Source: Octopus sinensis
Lineage: Eukaryota
Direction of reading: 5' to 3'
NCBI RefSeq assembly: GCF_006345805.1
Contig: NC_043000.1
Coordinates: 52,080,001 to 52,144,000, forward strand
Length of the DNA stretch: 64,000 nucleotides
The stretch's first letter is position 1. The number at the start of each line of letters is the position of its first letter. The position numbers and the translations under genes are program-made. The notes below the pieces were generated by a model that did no database searches, had not been told where the DNA came from, and saw only the letters and a list, made by a program, of their open reading frames with translations. Positions 40,661-54,099 of the stretch are shown piece by piece.

Positions 40661-40702
40661 TCACATATATGTGTGTGTGTGTGTGAGTGTGTGTGTATGT
40701 GC

Positions 40703-40763
<61 letters not shown>

Positions 40764-42170
40764 CACATACATACACATACATGTATACACTCACACACAT
40801 CGCACACTCATATATATAGCTAAATACGCATATATTTATATATACGTGTGAAGATGAGGTGGTTGTAGGTTGAAAGTCATTAGTCACCGATTCTTTCCGT
40901 TGAAGATTCATCTCCGACCGAATGAGAGCAACGACGCAGTCAGAGGAGGAACTCCGTATGATTATACCTTTGGGGAGCAATGGTTGGGGACGCATTTGCG
41001 TTGAGGATGGTAAGGGAGAACTGGTTGATACATCAGCTAGTCTTGGAGGAGGCGGTGTTAGACTTATTACTTATCTGAGAGAAGTAGAAACTGTTGTAGA
41101 AACAGTTAAAGAAACAGTAAAAATAGTGTGATGATGTCACTGAACTTTCGATTATTGTTTAGCAATTTATGTTCGTCGCGTTTTTTTAGCGAAGTGACTT
41201 CTAGGAGAGAGAAAGAGAGAGGGGGAGGGAGAGAAAGAGCGAGAGATAGAAATAGAGGGAGGGAGAGAGGTGGAGAGAGAAATGTGAGAGAAAGAGAGAG
41301 AAGGGGTAGGAGAAGCGTGCTGTACGAGGTTTTGTATGTAACAATTTCAGCTTTCTACTGCTGGAGAGGATCACTGATTTAAAAACATTGAATGTCTATC
41401 TTGCTTGTGTTTTACGAATGCAAACTGAAGCTTAAGGGTGTGATATAATGTGTTACCATGTGCCTAGAAACTGTGTGCACGCAGTAAGAAAAATCGATAT
41501 TTTGCGTACGAATCGCCAGCGAAAAATTCTTCCTGACGAAAGACAGTATAAAATATAGTATGATGTAAATAATAGGCCCTTTCTGAAAACGTCTTGGTTA
41601 AACGTTAGCAGTATAATGCTAGATTGATGTCAACAAAGGTAATAATCTCTGAATTCGCTAAATTTACATGTTAAATTCCAATTAAACACATATATGATCG
41701 AAAGGGATTTTCTTAACCAATCTTCTGTAAAAAGGCTCCAAGTTTATGCAAAATAATATACAAAATATCAATAACATAATCAATAAACCACCGTTTTACC
41801 TCAAATGTTCACATTACAGCACGCATTTAATCCACTTGATTGATGTCAGTGTAGTATGCATTTGCATATGTATGTATGTATGCGTGTATGTATGTGTAAT
41901 AACTAATTATCATATACATAAGTTAGCTTTCACGTAGCTAGAATATTAAAGCAAGGAGGGAATTCTTGAATACATTCTATATGAATATTACATAAGTATA
42001 GCGTGTGTAATGTTAAGAGATAAAGTGTTGGGATTGAATTTCTAGCTCGCACACATAAATATTATATAAATATATATGGAATATAACTCAACCACAAGAG
42101 TGCATGTTTATATAAATAACATGTATAAGAGCATGTACAAATATCCACCAATATATATATGCACACACAA

Positions 42171-42272
<102 letters not shown>

Positions 42273-42780
42273 CTGTACATATGTACATACATACGCACAT
42301 GCACATACGCAAATATATATACATATATATAAAGAGAGAGAGATAGAGAGAGATGTATACATAGTCTTAAGAAAGAATACACAGCTATATATATAATATT
42401 GAATGAAGATATTTCACAATTTCACGTTTAGGAAAGAATTCCGTCGACTGACTGAATAATTCAGGAATTACAATAGCGTATTCTTGTCTGCTACAATTCA
42501 GTTTCACTAGCATTTATTCCTATTTCCAGCGTTTAATTTCAGGAATTGCGCAGAAGAATGGAAAGTAAATTTGGTTTTCTAGGAATATCCAACCTGTTTA
42601 AAATTTTAAAGCTAAAGCAGTGCAAGTTATAAGAAATAGGACAGCATGGTGACTTTTACCTCTACCTTGTATTTCAGTACCTCGGTTTAAGGAACGCTTC
42701 TTCAAGGAATTCAGAGAAAGGGTGTTGTGAGCTGGTGTGTCTGTTCTGTAGTAGTAGTAGTAGTAGTAGTAATGTGTGTA

Positions 42781-42814
<34 letters not shown>

Positions 42815-42834
42815 CATACAATATATACCTTCCG

Positions 42835-42879
<45 letters not shown>

Positions 42880-43279
42880 ACATACACTCGCGCGCACACA
42901 CACACACAAACATTCGCACATATATATTTACTGTTTCAAGATAAGGTCAACAATAAAGACAAGAAATCTATCCAGTGAGAGATCGATATCATTTAATGTG
43001 CACACTATAAATACACGAGCTAGCAATAGTTTCTTGCTTAGAGTAGCAGGTCTTAGTAGCTTTTGATAACACGCCTTGTGTCTCCAAGAAAGTAACTATT
43101 TGTAGCTCGTATTTTTATAATGTTTACATTAAATTATATATATATATATATATATATATACTTACGTAGATGCGTGGAATTCAATTACATTGATATTATA
43201 CAAATAATATATGTATATATGTGTATATATATATATATATGTATGTATGCATGTATGCATGTATGTATGTATATGTATA

Positions 43280-43860
43280 TACGGGTACAAGACGTCACCA
43301 ACTGTGTAAACAACATGAGATACGAAAAGAAACGAATTAACTACGTAAACAACAAGAGAACAAAACTGGAAAACAAGACAAGTAAACGCAGAGAACAATC
43401 CTTCATCAGTTGTCGGCTGGCTATCTACTCATCATTTCGAGCATTCAACAACAGTATGAGTCTTCAAAGACAGCAGCTCCTATATATTCTAAAATAAAAT
43501 TTAGGATTTATGGAGGGTCAAAGTTAGGAACAAAAATAGGACAGTGGAGACATACAAGGAATCCGAGCAAAATCAAACATAGAGGGTCATTAGACAAGAA
43601 TGAGAGGAATATAGTGAACGCTGGGAGAAATATTATCTTTGAAAAGAGAAAAGATAGAAGAGAGATAAAAAAAAACGCCCAGTCCGTGCAGGAAAAGAAA
43701 GATGGTCACGTGAGCAGAAGAAAGATAGACGATGGTCACACATGAGCAATGAGAGAGAGAGAGAGAGAAAAAAAGAGAAAGAGGAGGTAGAGACAGAGAC
43801 AGAAAGATAGAAAACGGTGAACGAGGGAAGGGGAGAAAAAGGGGATTAGATAAGAACGGA
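43280..43860 (-). mobile_element. Non-coding repeat family (also 30795-30940), probably PLE-derived
   Basis: Shared ggtacaaga.gtcac...aaacaacatga.atacg...ccttcatcagttgt.gg.tg.ctatctactc.tcatttcgagcatt; abuts (TA)-rich repeats. Confidence 0.55.
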
Positions 43861-43861
43861 G

Positions 43862-44137
43862 GTTGTCAAGTGTTGGTGAGCAGAGGACTGAAACACAGAC
43901 ACAAGCACAAATAACGTAAACACACACATGCACACACACACGCGCACACATGCACACACGTGCACACGCACACATACATACACAGGATGGGCTTCCTTCA
44001 GTTTCTGTATACCAAATCCACTTACAAGGCTTTCGCCGGCCCGAGGCTATAGTAAAAGACACTTGCCACACAATGGGCCTGAACCTGGAATCATGTGGTT
44101 TGGAAGCAAGCTTCTTACCACACAGCAACGCCTCAGC
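43862..44137 (-). mobile_element. SINE family A, diverged
   Basis: Reverse complement of family A head and body (ggcaagtgtcttttactatagcctcgggccg). Confidence 0.8.
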
Positions 44138-44366
44138 ACACACACACATATATATATGTGTGTGTGTGTGTGTATGTGTGTGTATGTGTGTGTGTGTGTG
44201 TGTATGTGTGTGTGTATATATGTGTGTATGTGTATATATATGTGTGTGTGTGTGCGCATGTATATGATGGAAGTCGAGTCAAGATTGAGTTCAAATGTTT
44301 CGTAAGGAGCGGTATGTATGTGTATATGTACATATGTAGGTATGTACATACATACTTACATATATA

Positions 44367-44649
44367 TATCACGTGACCGACCAGTCCATCAGATGTAGTT
44401 ACACATCGCTGGTCACAATGCGTTCGCATTGTTTTAGCCTTCGAATGACGCCACCCCGCTGGCTAAGCGAGCAGGCCAACAGAAGAAAGAGTGGTGAAAG
44501 AATACAGCAGGGATCACCACCCCTGCCGGAGCCTCGTGGAGCTTTTAGGTGTTTTCGCTCAATAAACACTCACAACGCCCGGTCTGGGAATCGAAACCGT
44601 GATCCTACGACCGCGAGTCCGCTGCCCTAATCACCGGGCCATTGCGCCT

Positions 44650-44651
<2 letters not shown>
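44367..44651 (-). mobile_element. tRNA-derived SINE, family D, young and CpG-rich
   Basis: Minus strand ggaggcgcaatggcccggtgattagggcagcggactcgcggtcgtaggatcacggtttcgattccc with A/B boxes; between (TA)n and (CA)n. Confidence 0.8.
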
Positions 44652-44694
<43 letters not shown>

Positions 44695-45771
44695 ATATAT
44701 ATATATACACATATATTTGTGCATGTCTCTCTGTCGCTATTGCGTGTGCGCATATTAGTGCATCTATATTCTAAATGTAGATATCATTAAATTTGCATTG
44801 ACGTATAACTTTGATAAAGTAACACTAGATATATTTAGAAATCCATAAATTACTGATGTTTGGTTTTTGTAATATACTCATTTGCCGATAAACTGGAGTG
44901 GATGTCATGCAGAAGATTGTCAAGTGTGTGACAGTAATTGTAGTTCAGTTGAGGATTCATCTATATTTTTGCCCACTTCATATAAAACGATATCTAAGCC
45001 TTTTGTGAAATCCTTCATGAAACTGGCTCGTTATGAAAGAACTTGCAGTTGGCGTACAAGGTTTCATAAGCTGGAAGGTCATTTCCCCATCTTCTGTAAC
45101 ATGCAATATTTAGCGTTGAAAAAAGTGAACGAAATGTTAGGTTAAAAGGTAAGTGATCTATAGGATCAAATATATATAAAGAGAGTCATGCACGCACGTA
45201 TGCACACACATGTACACACGTACAAACACATGCGCATACATATCTGTATCTCTAAATGCCACTTTATGTGTGTCTCTATCAGTCACAACATATCTGTCTC
45301 TGCCACACATTCTCCATAGGTTTCATGTATGTATCCATATCTGTATGTGTATGTGTATGTGTGTGTGTGTATTTACAGACATACAAGCATACATTCTCTC
45401 TTCATCTCACGCACACATTATTTCTCAAAACAGCTTCGCGATACTATACATCTCTGTGCTTCTGCTAGTCTGTATGTGTGTGCCTGTGTGTGTTTAGATA
45501 TGTGCTTACATGTTTTCGCATGTATACACTCATATACATTAGGCTACAATGGTGTAATGGTATTAAACTTGTCGCGAAAACATAGAGGTGTGGTTTCGAG
45601 TCTCAGATGTGCGAAAACCCTACTTGTTTTCGTCGAGGGCTTACATGGTCTAGTATTAGACTGTTTTCCTTAGTCAATACACGGTGATCGCTTATAAGCC
45701 TTAAGCTTATAATTTATATATACATATATACACATATGTAAATATATATATATACATATATATACATATAC

Positions 45772-45802
<31 letters not shown>

Positions 45803-45978
45803 TGTATGTATGTATGTATATATGTATATATATATATATAATATATATATATGTTCTCTTTTTTTTTCAGCTATTGACTGCCGCGATGCTGCAGTACCAC
45901 CTTTAGTCGAACAAATCGACCCCAAGAATTATTCTTTGTTAGCCTAGTACAAACGCACACATATCATAGTAATAATGA

Positions 45979-46061
<83 letters not shown>

Positions 46062-46064
<3 letters not shown>

Positions 46065-46676
46065 GACAAAACTGTACTTAGAGATTGTAAGAGTAGGAAA
46101 CCCCATGTCATGGACGACTATCGTAAGGCGTACAATATGCTCCCACACTCTTGGATAATGGAATTTATGAACCTATTTGGTATTGCATCGAATGTTGAGC
46201 GATTGGTTGGAAAAAGTATGGCGAAATGGAGGACGGACCTGGCAACATACGGAAGAAGTTTAGTGATAGTAGAAATCAGGAGGGGCTTCTTCCAAGGGAA
46301 CTGCCTGTCCCCACTGATCTTTGTACTGTGCTTGATACCACTAACACTGATTCTGAGGAAAGCAAAAGCTGGGTATGCATTCAAAAGCCGCCAACGAAAT
46401 GTCAGTCATTTGTTATTCATGGATGACCTCAAACTTTATGGTAAAGATGAAGCCTAAGTCAGTTCCCTCGTTGATACGGTGTATACATTCAGTGCTGATA
46501 TCAGAATAGAGTTCGGACTGAGCAAGTGTGGTGTGTTTGTCTTGAAGAGAGGCAAAATCCCGCGTCGGGGGAGGTTATGAAGCAGATAGAAGAGACGGGC
46601 TATAAGTATTTGGAGATTTTGGAAATGGATAAATTGATGGAAAAAGAAATGACAGAAAAAGTTATGGTGGAGTACT
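46062..46676 (+). mobile_element. R4/Dong-clade non-LTR reverse transcriptase fragment
   Basis: DYRKAYNMLPHSWI...IRRGFFQGNCLSPLIFVLCLIPL...HLLFMDDLKLY...EFGLSKCG...GYKYLEILE; starts right after (TAA)n. Confidence 0.88.
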
Positions 46677-46677
46677 T

Positions 46678-46752
46678 AACATAACGTTGTTAACATAATG
46701 TTTCGGCTGATATGCCCTCCAGTCTTCTTCAGGTGTCTTGGGGAAATTTCGA

Positions 46753-46801
<49 letters not shown>

Positions 46802-46884
46802 CCCGTGGGCACATGGTGTAGTGGTTAAGAGCGCAGGCTACTAACCCCAAGATTCCGAGTTCGATTCCCAACAACAACAACAAC

Positions 46885-46922
<38 letters not shown>

Positions 46923-47100
46923 CATCGAAAAATACCTTAGGAATGAGGACCCGGATTCGAAATTTCCCCAAGACACCTGAAGAAGCCGAAACGTTATGTT
47001 AACAACAAACAAGAGGAGGACAAATATCCGTCTAATGTACATAATGTAAACAATGTAAATAATGTACATAATTCCTCCTCTCTTAAATATAGAACTGTAT
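46678..47100 (+). mobile_element. Family H element with inverted tail copy upstream; two hammerhead motifs (46692-46737 minus, 46972-47000 plus)
   Basis: Head gggcacatggtgtagtggttaagagcgc at 46807; plus motif GACAC-CTGAAGA-AGCC-GAAAC-GTT-ATGTT; minus motif GACAC-CTGAAGA-A-GACTGG-agggcata-TCAGCC-GAAAC-ATT-ATGTT. Confidence 0.85.
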
Positions 47101-49077
47101 TACAAAGTATAAGTCCTAGGGGCGATTTCTTCAACTAAAGGCGGTGCTCCATCATGACCGCAGCGAAATGTCTGAAACAAGTGAAAGAATATCTGTTTAT
47201 CTTTGTACCTGTAATAATATTTTATGCTACTAATGTGGAGGTCGCGTATATTTAAACCGTTCATTCTGACGTTTGTGTAGGAGTGAGCTAAATAATTTTA
47301 GAACGGCAACTTATCTCACATGCACTATTACTATATCCATTATCATCATCATCATCATCTCTTTAGTATAACAAATGACTAACAAACATAATAACAATGA
47401 ACAGTTCTTCTTAGTCTCCTGCATCATTCAGGGGTTAACGGTTAGCCATATAAGCTTAGTTTGACAGGTTTCAATACCATGTAGGAATATATTCACCTAA
47501 CATAGATTTTCCTATCCATTGTATGTTCAAGGCCGTTTGTCATAAATATTAAAAATCGTAAACTAGAGTCACACTTCTTAAAATAACACGTATTGTGAAA
47601 AAAAATAAATAAAGAACCTTTGAAATATGTAAAATAGAGCTGTTTTTATCGACTATAGAACTGCGTGTGAAGCAAGCAGCTGATTGATTTTATTGTATAC
47701 TTGCTTAGTGTTTTGTTTCTATTGAACACCACTTATGGGCATAAAGCGTCAATATCTCAGCGAGCGAAATATTACAGCGAACGAAATAATTGCAAAAGCG
47801 TGCTAATAACTTTACCCTCAACCCGAATACAATTTTATCTTTAGTGTATGATCAGATCAACTATGATCTTTCTTCCGGAAGGTAAAAAAAAGGAAGCTTT
47901 TTATACTGACGTATGCATATAATTAATAACAATTTCTTCACGCTGATTATTCAGATTTAGAATTTCCTGAATGTAGGACACTATTGAAGTGTTACTATTT
48001 TCACTCATTGCATGTCATGACTAAATTCTCTTTCCATATTCTTTATATTTTGAGTCATGTCTCTAATGATCAGCAGTCAATTACTGCATTGATCATCTTC
48101 CGTTTGTTATGCACATTCCAACGTTGATAAATATAATGTCTTTCAGTTATGAATTACGTAATGATTATACAAAAGAATATGAATATGTAGGTGTAATGTG
48201 AACTTGGTTGATAGATGCGCAATTTGCTACATTGCTTTCATTGATTTCTGTTACAAAATTGCTACCTCGATTTTTATTTGTTTAATATTTTTTATTTATT
48301 TCAGGTTAACCTGAATCGTGTATAGTCTTTTATAGTTTCCACCGAAAATGAAGGACTGTTTTCATGACCTTTGCAGAATTACTAACACTGTAGTTTAATA
48401 GCTTGATACTGCAATTGACGTTTAGTTTCATCAGATGTAAATCCATACCTCAATATGTCAGTGTGTGTGTTTGTATATGTGCGTATGTTTGTGCGTGTGA
48501 ATGTGTATGTATGCGTGCTCGTGTCTCTGTCCCTGTGTGTGTGTGTTTATGTGTAAATGTGTATGTGTGTGTGTATTTGAATGTGTGTGAATATGTATAG
48601 ATGTTTATGTCTATGAATGTATGTATCTCTACGTGTGAATGTGTGCGTGTGTTTTAAGGAAATTCCAGAGAGTGGACATTCTTGGTAAGGACTAGAAATT
48701 GTGACTACCAAAGCGTACGAAATGGATAAAATAGAATTGAATACAAGAAGGGGAGATACGAAAGACAACTAGATAAGCGTGAAGAGAAACTGTTGTTCGT
48801 GCGACATTATGAAGTAGAGGGAGAAGCGAGTTTCTAGGCTAAAGTTTACTGAGTAAGTGTATGACAATCAGCCGCATATTGTTTTCTATACAGGCAAGAA
48901 TGTTTTAGTGTTTGACTGTAAACTTGTAAACGTGAAAGCAGTATATTGCCGTGACTTTTACCTGAAATTTGAAGAGATTCAGTATCTGGTCGGAACTGAA
49001 ATATTTCTGGCTCTGAAGAGAAAATATAGTACTGAAGATAAAGATATTTTTGCTCATGTTATAAACGTCATAAGTAA

Positions 49078-49310
49078 AGGTGCGTGGCTTAGCGGTTAGG
49101 ATAATGGGCTCAAAATCGTATGGTCGTGAGTTCGATTACAGGCGGCGCGTTGTGTCCTGCGCAAGGCACTTTATTTCATGTCCACTCAGCTGACATAAAC
49201 GAGTTGTACATGTAGTTCAAAGGTCGGTCTTGCTATATTCTTGCTACGTGTGTCTGTGGAGTGTTCAGTCACTTGCATGTTAATTGTGACCAATTCAGTG
49301 CCAGTACAAA
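49078..49310 (+). mobile_element. tRNA-derived SINE related to family C
   Basis: ggtgcgtggcttagcggttagg...gagttcgatt...gttgtgtcctgcgcaaggcactttattt. Confidence 0.7.
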
Positions 49311-49849
49311 CATCATATCTTGAGGAACAACCTTCAACACTTATGGGACCTTGTACTATATTTGATGGTTTTCTTATGTTATGAATGTCAGAATCCAGGA
49401 AGATATATCAGTAATTGCATGAGCTTCCATTTGTAGTAACTCTGACGATTTTAAATGCTTGTCTGAGACAAGAGAATGTGTTAATGTTTAGAATCAAGAC
49501 AGCTATAGTCCGTCAGACCTATGATCAAAGGTGGCCTAGCTTTAATCATCTGTTTTTATTTTATTAAGAAATAAGAGATCTGATATATCTAGAACTACAT
49601 TACTCAATAGTTCCTCCTTTTTTTAAGATGTGATTTTAGGGAAAATTTTTGCTGTCACCTTTGGAAGGCTGAACGACTCCCAAAGAGAAATTAACCTCGT
49701 ATTGCAAAAATGTTTTTTTTTCTATTTTTAAACATATGTATTGATTGTTTTGGTGGTATGCTCATTAAAGACAGGGGGAATAGAGAGAATTCAAGAAGGA
49801 AAAAGTAATAGCGAGGAGAGCAGGGAGAAGAAGGAAAGAAAAAGCGAAC

Positions 49850-50045
49850 AACAAGAGAGAGAACGAGAGCGAGAGCGAGAGAGAGAGAAAGAGGAAGGAT
49901 GGGAGAGAGAGAGAGGGATGGAGAGAGAGAGAGAGGGATGGGAGAGAGAGAGGGATGGGAGAGAGAGAGGGATGGGAGAGAGAGAGGGATGGGAGAGAGA
50001 GAGGGATGGGAGAGAGAGAGAGGAGAGAGGGGTAGAGAGGGGATA
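49850..50045. repeat. GA-rich minisatellite (gagagagagagggatgg)n
   Basis: Directly visible. Confidence 0.9.
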
Positions 50046-50369
50046 AATAAATAGATAGATAGATTGATAGATAGAGAGTTCACTGGACCAAAAATGGAAA
50101 AATATAAATACTTTATGGAGCAATGTTCTTTGGAGTTTCAGATAAAAGACTCAGAATATTTTTCACGGACAGAGTACAAATAAAATAACTCGGATTTATT
50201 TCTTGATGTCATCGAAAAAAGCTTTGTTTACTTATTCTGAATGCCAACAACTTTTTCGTTGCAAAAAAGAAGCATCCAATATATACGTGTTATAACCTAA
50301 TAACGGGGCCAACTGCAGTGATCATATACGTTACGTGCCATCTCATATTGCAAATATTATTATAGTGGA

Positions 50370-50575
50370 AGGTGGCAGACTGGCAGAATCGTTAGCACGG
50401 TTGGTAAAATGTTTAGCGGCATTTTGTGCGTCTTTACGTTCTGAGTTCTAATTTCGCAGAGGTAAACTTTGCCTTTCATCCTTTCAGAGTCGATAAATGA
50501 AGTACCAGTTGAGTGTTCGGGATCGATGTAATCAACTTACCCCCTTCCCTAACAAGCCTTCTGCCAAAATTTGAA
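50370..50575 (+). mobile_element. SINE family B monomer (others at 55199-55420 plus; 57590-57810 and 57815-58145 minus)
   Basis: ggtggcagactggcagaatcgttagc...ctttgcctttcatcctttc. Confidence 0.8.
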
Positions 50576-50601
50576 ATCAGTTTTAGTGTGTGTGTCTCTC
50601 G

Positions 50602-50670
<69 letters not shown>

Positions 50671-51646
50671 GCACACACAGACACACACATGTATGTATGT
50701 ATGTATGTATGTATGTATGTATGTATGTATGTATGTATGAATGTATGTATGTATGTATGTATGTATGTATGGAGTGATAAAATACAAGTAAAAATGTGTT
50801 CGGAAGAAGACAAGATGGTATGGATTATGTAGATACAGTTTTATGGCTGAAGTGAGAAAGAAATTTCTGCAGCTTGATATTCGAAACTTTCGTAACTTAA
50901 ATACTGTATATATTCAAAATTAAATTGCTTTTCATGCATATGAAAACCATATTCCAAATATATTCTTCCGACTGGTGTGTTTCTGTGAACTTAACAAAGG
51001 GAACTAAAATCGGATGTTTGATGGTGAATTTCAGAAACCCAATAAGAAACACGGCTTAGAGAAACCTTCCGAAATATATATTGCAATGACATATGCAACA
51101 ACTGAGCCATAAATAATACTACATGTGGATACATATCATATTTCTGCTTAAACAGATCATGTTATGCATGAGCCGATGCCGAGTCATCGGCATGCCCAAA
51201 CAATTTTACATACGTCCGCGCCTACGCGCTTAAATGAATGCAAATACATGCATCATACACGTATTTATGCGCTTCTATCTGTGTTAAATATATTCATATA
51301 TTAATACACATACACACACATACACACATACATACATTTACACACATATATATATGTATGTATTTATGTATACACACATATATATATATAAATTTATATA
51401 GACATATTTATATATATACATATATATATATAATATGCCTGTGTATATGTATGTAAATATATGTATCTATATATTGCCTACATAAGTATATACATATATG
51501 TATGTATATACATGTACATACATACACATACATATATATATACACATACACATACATATACATATATACAAATATGTAAACATACATATATATAATATAC
51601 ATACGTATATATATATACATATATATATACACACACATATATATAC

Positions 51647-51677
<31 letters not shown>

Positions 51678-51763
51678 CAGGCATATATATATGTATACGT
51701 ATATATACATAATACATATATATATGTGTACATATATATATACATACACACACACATATATAC

Positions 51764-51794
<31 letters not shown>

Positions 51795-53032
51795 CTTGTA
51801 GCTACGTACTTATGTACATTTATTTCGTAATGCATACAAACACTAGCGTGTGTGTGTTTATATTGAAGACACCAGAAATCTCCGGCGTCAAATGTTGTAG
51901 ATATAGTTGGGGCCAGATTTCTGATGGATTTGATATTTGATTTTCATGAGAACTATACCAGATTATAGCACTCTGTTGCATCTATGGGAGTGTGGTTACT
52001 GGTTTGAAGCACGAATTACGAGAAAAGAGAGATGCTAAATCCAATAAACCTTTGTAGGAATGAAGAGCTCATCCGCACATGCTGAAATACGCTAATATAC
52101 TTATTTCCACACATTTATATACATTTACACATAAAATACGCGTGTATGTATGCCTGCGTTTGTGTGTTTTCTGTTCGTGTGTTCGTGTATATAAACTCAT
52201 GTTTATGTATGTGTATACATTTGATGTTAGTTTAAAAGTTTACGAACGAACAGAAGTGTACCCAATAGGAATACTGTTCTTGCTGTATATTGATTTACTT
52301 TCCTATAATAAACTCTGTTGTTGCTGGAGGAAAAGTCTCCCATATTCTATGTTACTTTACGTCTGTAACAAGCTTGTATGAAGTTATTCTCAGAATCTGG
52401 TGACCAGTAACAAGATTAAAATCTACGAAATATCCCCTTATTTATAACAATGCTACACCTAGTTCAGACTGGAAAAAAGAAGAATTTGATTAGCTCTCAA
52501 ATTCTTGCAAAATATGTCTAAGTTAATGCATTACACTTAAACGCAAATTAAATTAAAGGCTTATGCAGCTGTCAGATTATGCAAATGCCAGAGAGTTGAA
52601 GAAATTTCGCCACAAGCTATTCGTTAACTACCGATCTTAAAGTTATCAGCAGAAATGTTTAGTAATCTCCTGAATTTTTTTAAATCGTTGTACTAATTGA
52701 AACATTAACTTCATAAAAGCCAATCTTTTAAGCATCGTTTTCTAGTTGCATTAAAACTCATTTTGTATTCAGGAATATTTGAGCAGTGGGATTTAATAAC
52801 GCATAACGTTTTAATTAGATACATCGTCTGCTACAGCCAAGCAAGCGAAGGCATCACATTTATAGCTAGTGCACTGAGATTTAGTAACACATATCCTTCT
52901 AATTAAGTACACCGTTGCCACCATTAGGTAAGAAAAGACATTACTTTTATATTGTTGACGTCATAGGAATTTATTTGTTTTAGAACGGTGGAACTCGAAG
53001 CAGATATAAAACTAGATCAAATCATGTAATTA

Positions 53033-53322
53033 TTGGGTTGGAAAATAAAAACTCTTACGGATAGGGAGAAAAATCTAAGGGTAACCGTGAAGTTCGAACC
53101 CACATCCCCTGTGTAGATGAAAAGCGTTTTACTAATTGACGAACGCAAACCTCTGTCAATTATAGAAACTTTATTCTAACTTAATTGTATGTTGTTCATG
53201 TCATAAAAATTTGCTTTGGTATAGTTGTAGAATGTCGGTTAGATCTACAGGAGATGTGGGTTCATATCCCATGGTCAGCCTTCGATTTTTCTATCCAAAA
53301 GGGTTATATTTTCAACCCAATA
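53033..53322. repeat. Diverged inverted pair of tRNA-like heads
   Basis: Arms 53033-53140 and 53220-53322; both read outward as ...acagg(g/a)gatgtgggttc(gaac/atat)...gatttttct...caacccaata. Confidence 0.65.
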
Positions 53323-53889
53323 TTTTGTGCGTTGTTTTGGTGTATAGGTTTTAGGATATAGCGCTACACCCAACGGAATTAGATCACAGTAACTGTCAGA
53401 ACCGCGAACACAAATTATTCAGATATCTTATTTTATCGTTGATTGTTTACCCGTTTGTGTCATTGGACTGCGAACATGCTGTGGCCCATCTTTGGAGGGC
53501 TAAGTGGAAGAAATAGACCCAATACTTACTTATTTTAAGCCTGGGTTTTCTTCTATTCGTCTCTTACGCCGAACATACTATTATATATATCTTCACGTGT
53601 ATTTTGAGATACACAGTTCCAGAAAACAATTATTACTTGTATAACTTTGTCCCACGATTCACATAACAAGACTGAGTTCTGAACATGTCAGAAGTGGTAA
53701 CAACAAAAATATCAACGGTAGAAAAGCTCGATAAATGTACGTATAAGAATAAGTATTTTCATTTGGTAAACATTGCTATATTCACGGTATCACTGTATGG
53801 ACGAAACTATCAGATGCTGTTATACCTCACTGGTTATAATGCGTTTCCAATTGTTTCTTCATTGCGGCATTACTTTCCTTCTTGGCCTA

Positions 53890-53997
53890 GGTTGTTTAAC
53901 TAAACCGTAATTCCATCGTCGTCGAAGTCTTCCGAGCGGTCTTTACACATCTCTTGGATACCACTCGGCAACTGCACTCGTCCATCTGTTGTCTGTT
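53890..53997 (-). mobile_element. RTE-clade LINE C-terminal fragment
   Basis: DNRWTSAVAEWYPRDV*RPLGRLRRRW. Confidence 0.65.
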
Positions 53998-54099
53998 ACT
54001 ACCTGGAAATGGATAAATTGATGAGGAAAAGATGACAGAAAAGTTTTATTTCCATACTTTTTAGATTTTGTGGTGAATTAAGGCAACAGAAAAGGAGAA

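Noticed and set aside
52773-52927. Plus-strand exon with good ttcag acceptor and gtaaga donor
   Set aside because: Stops in all frames and no other support; such sites are expected by chance in 64 kb.
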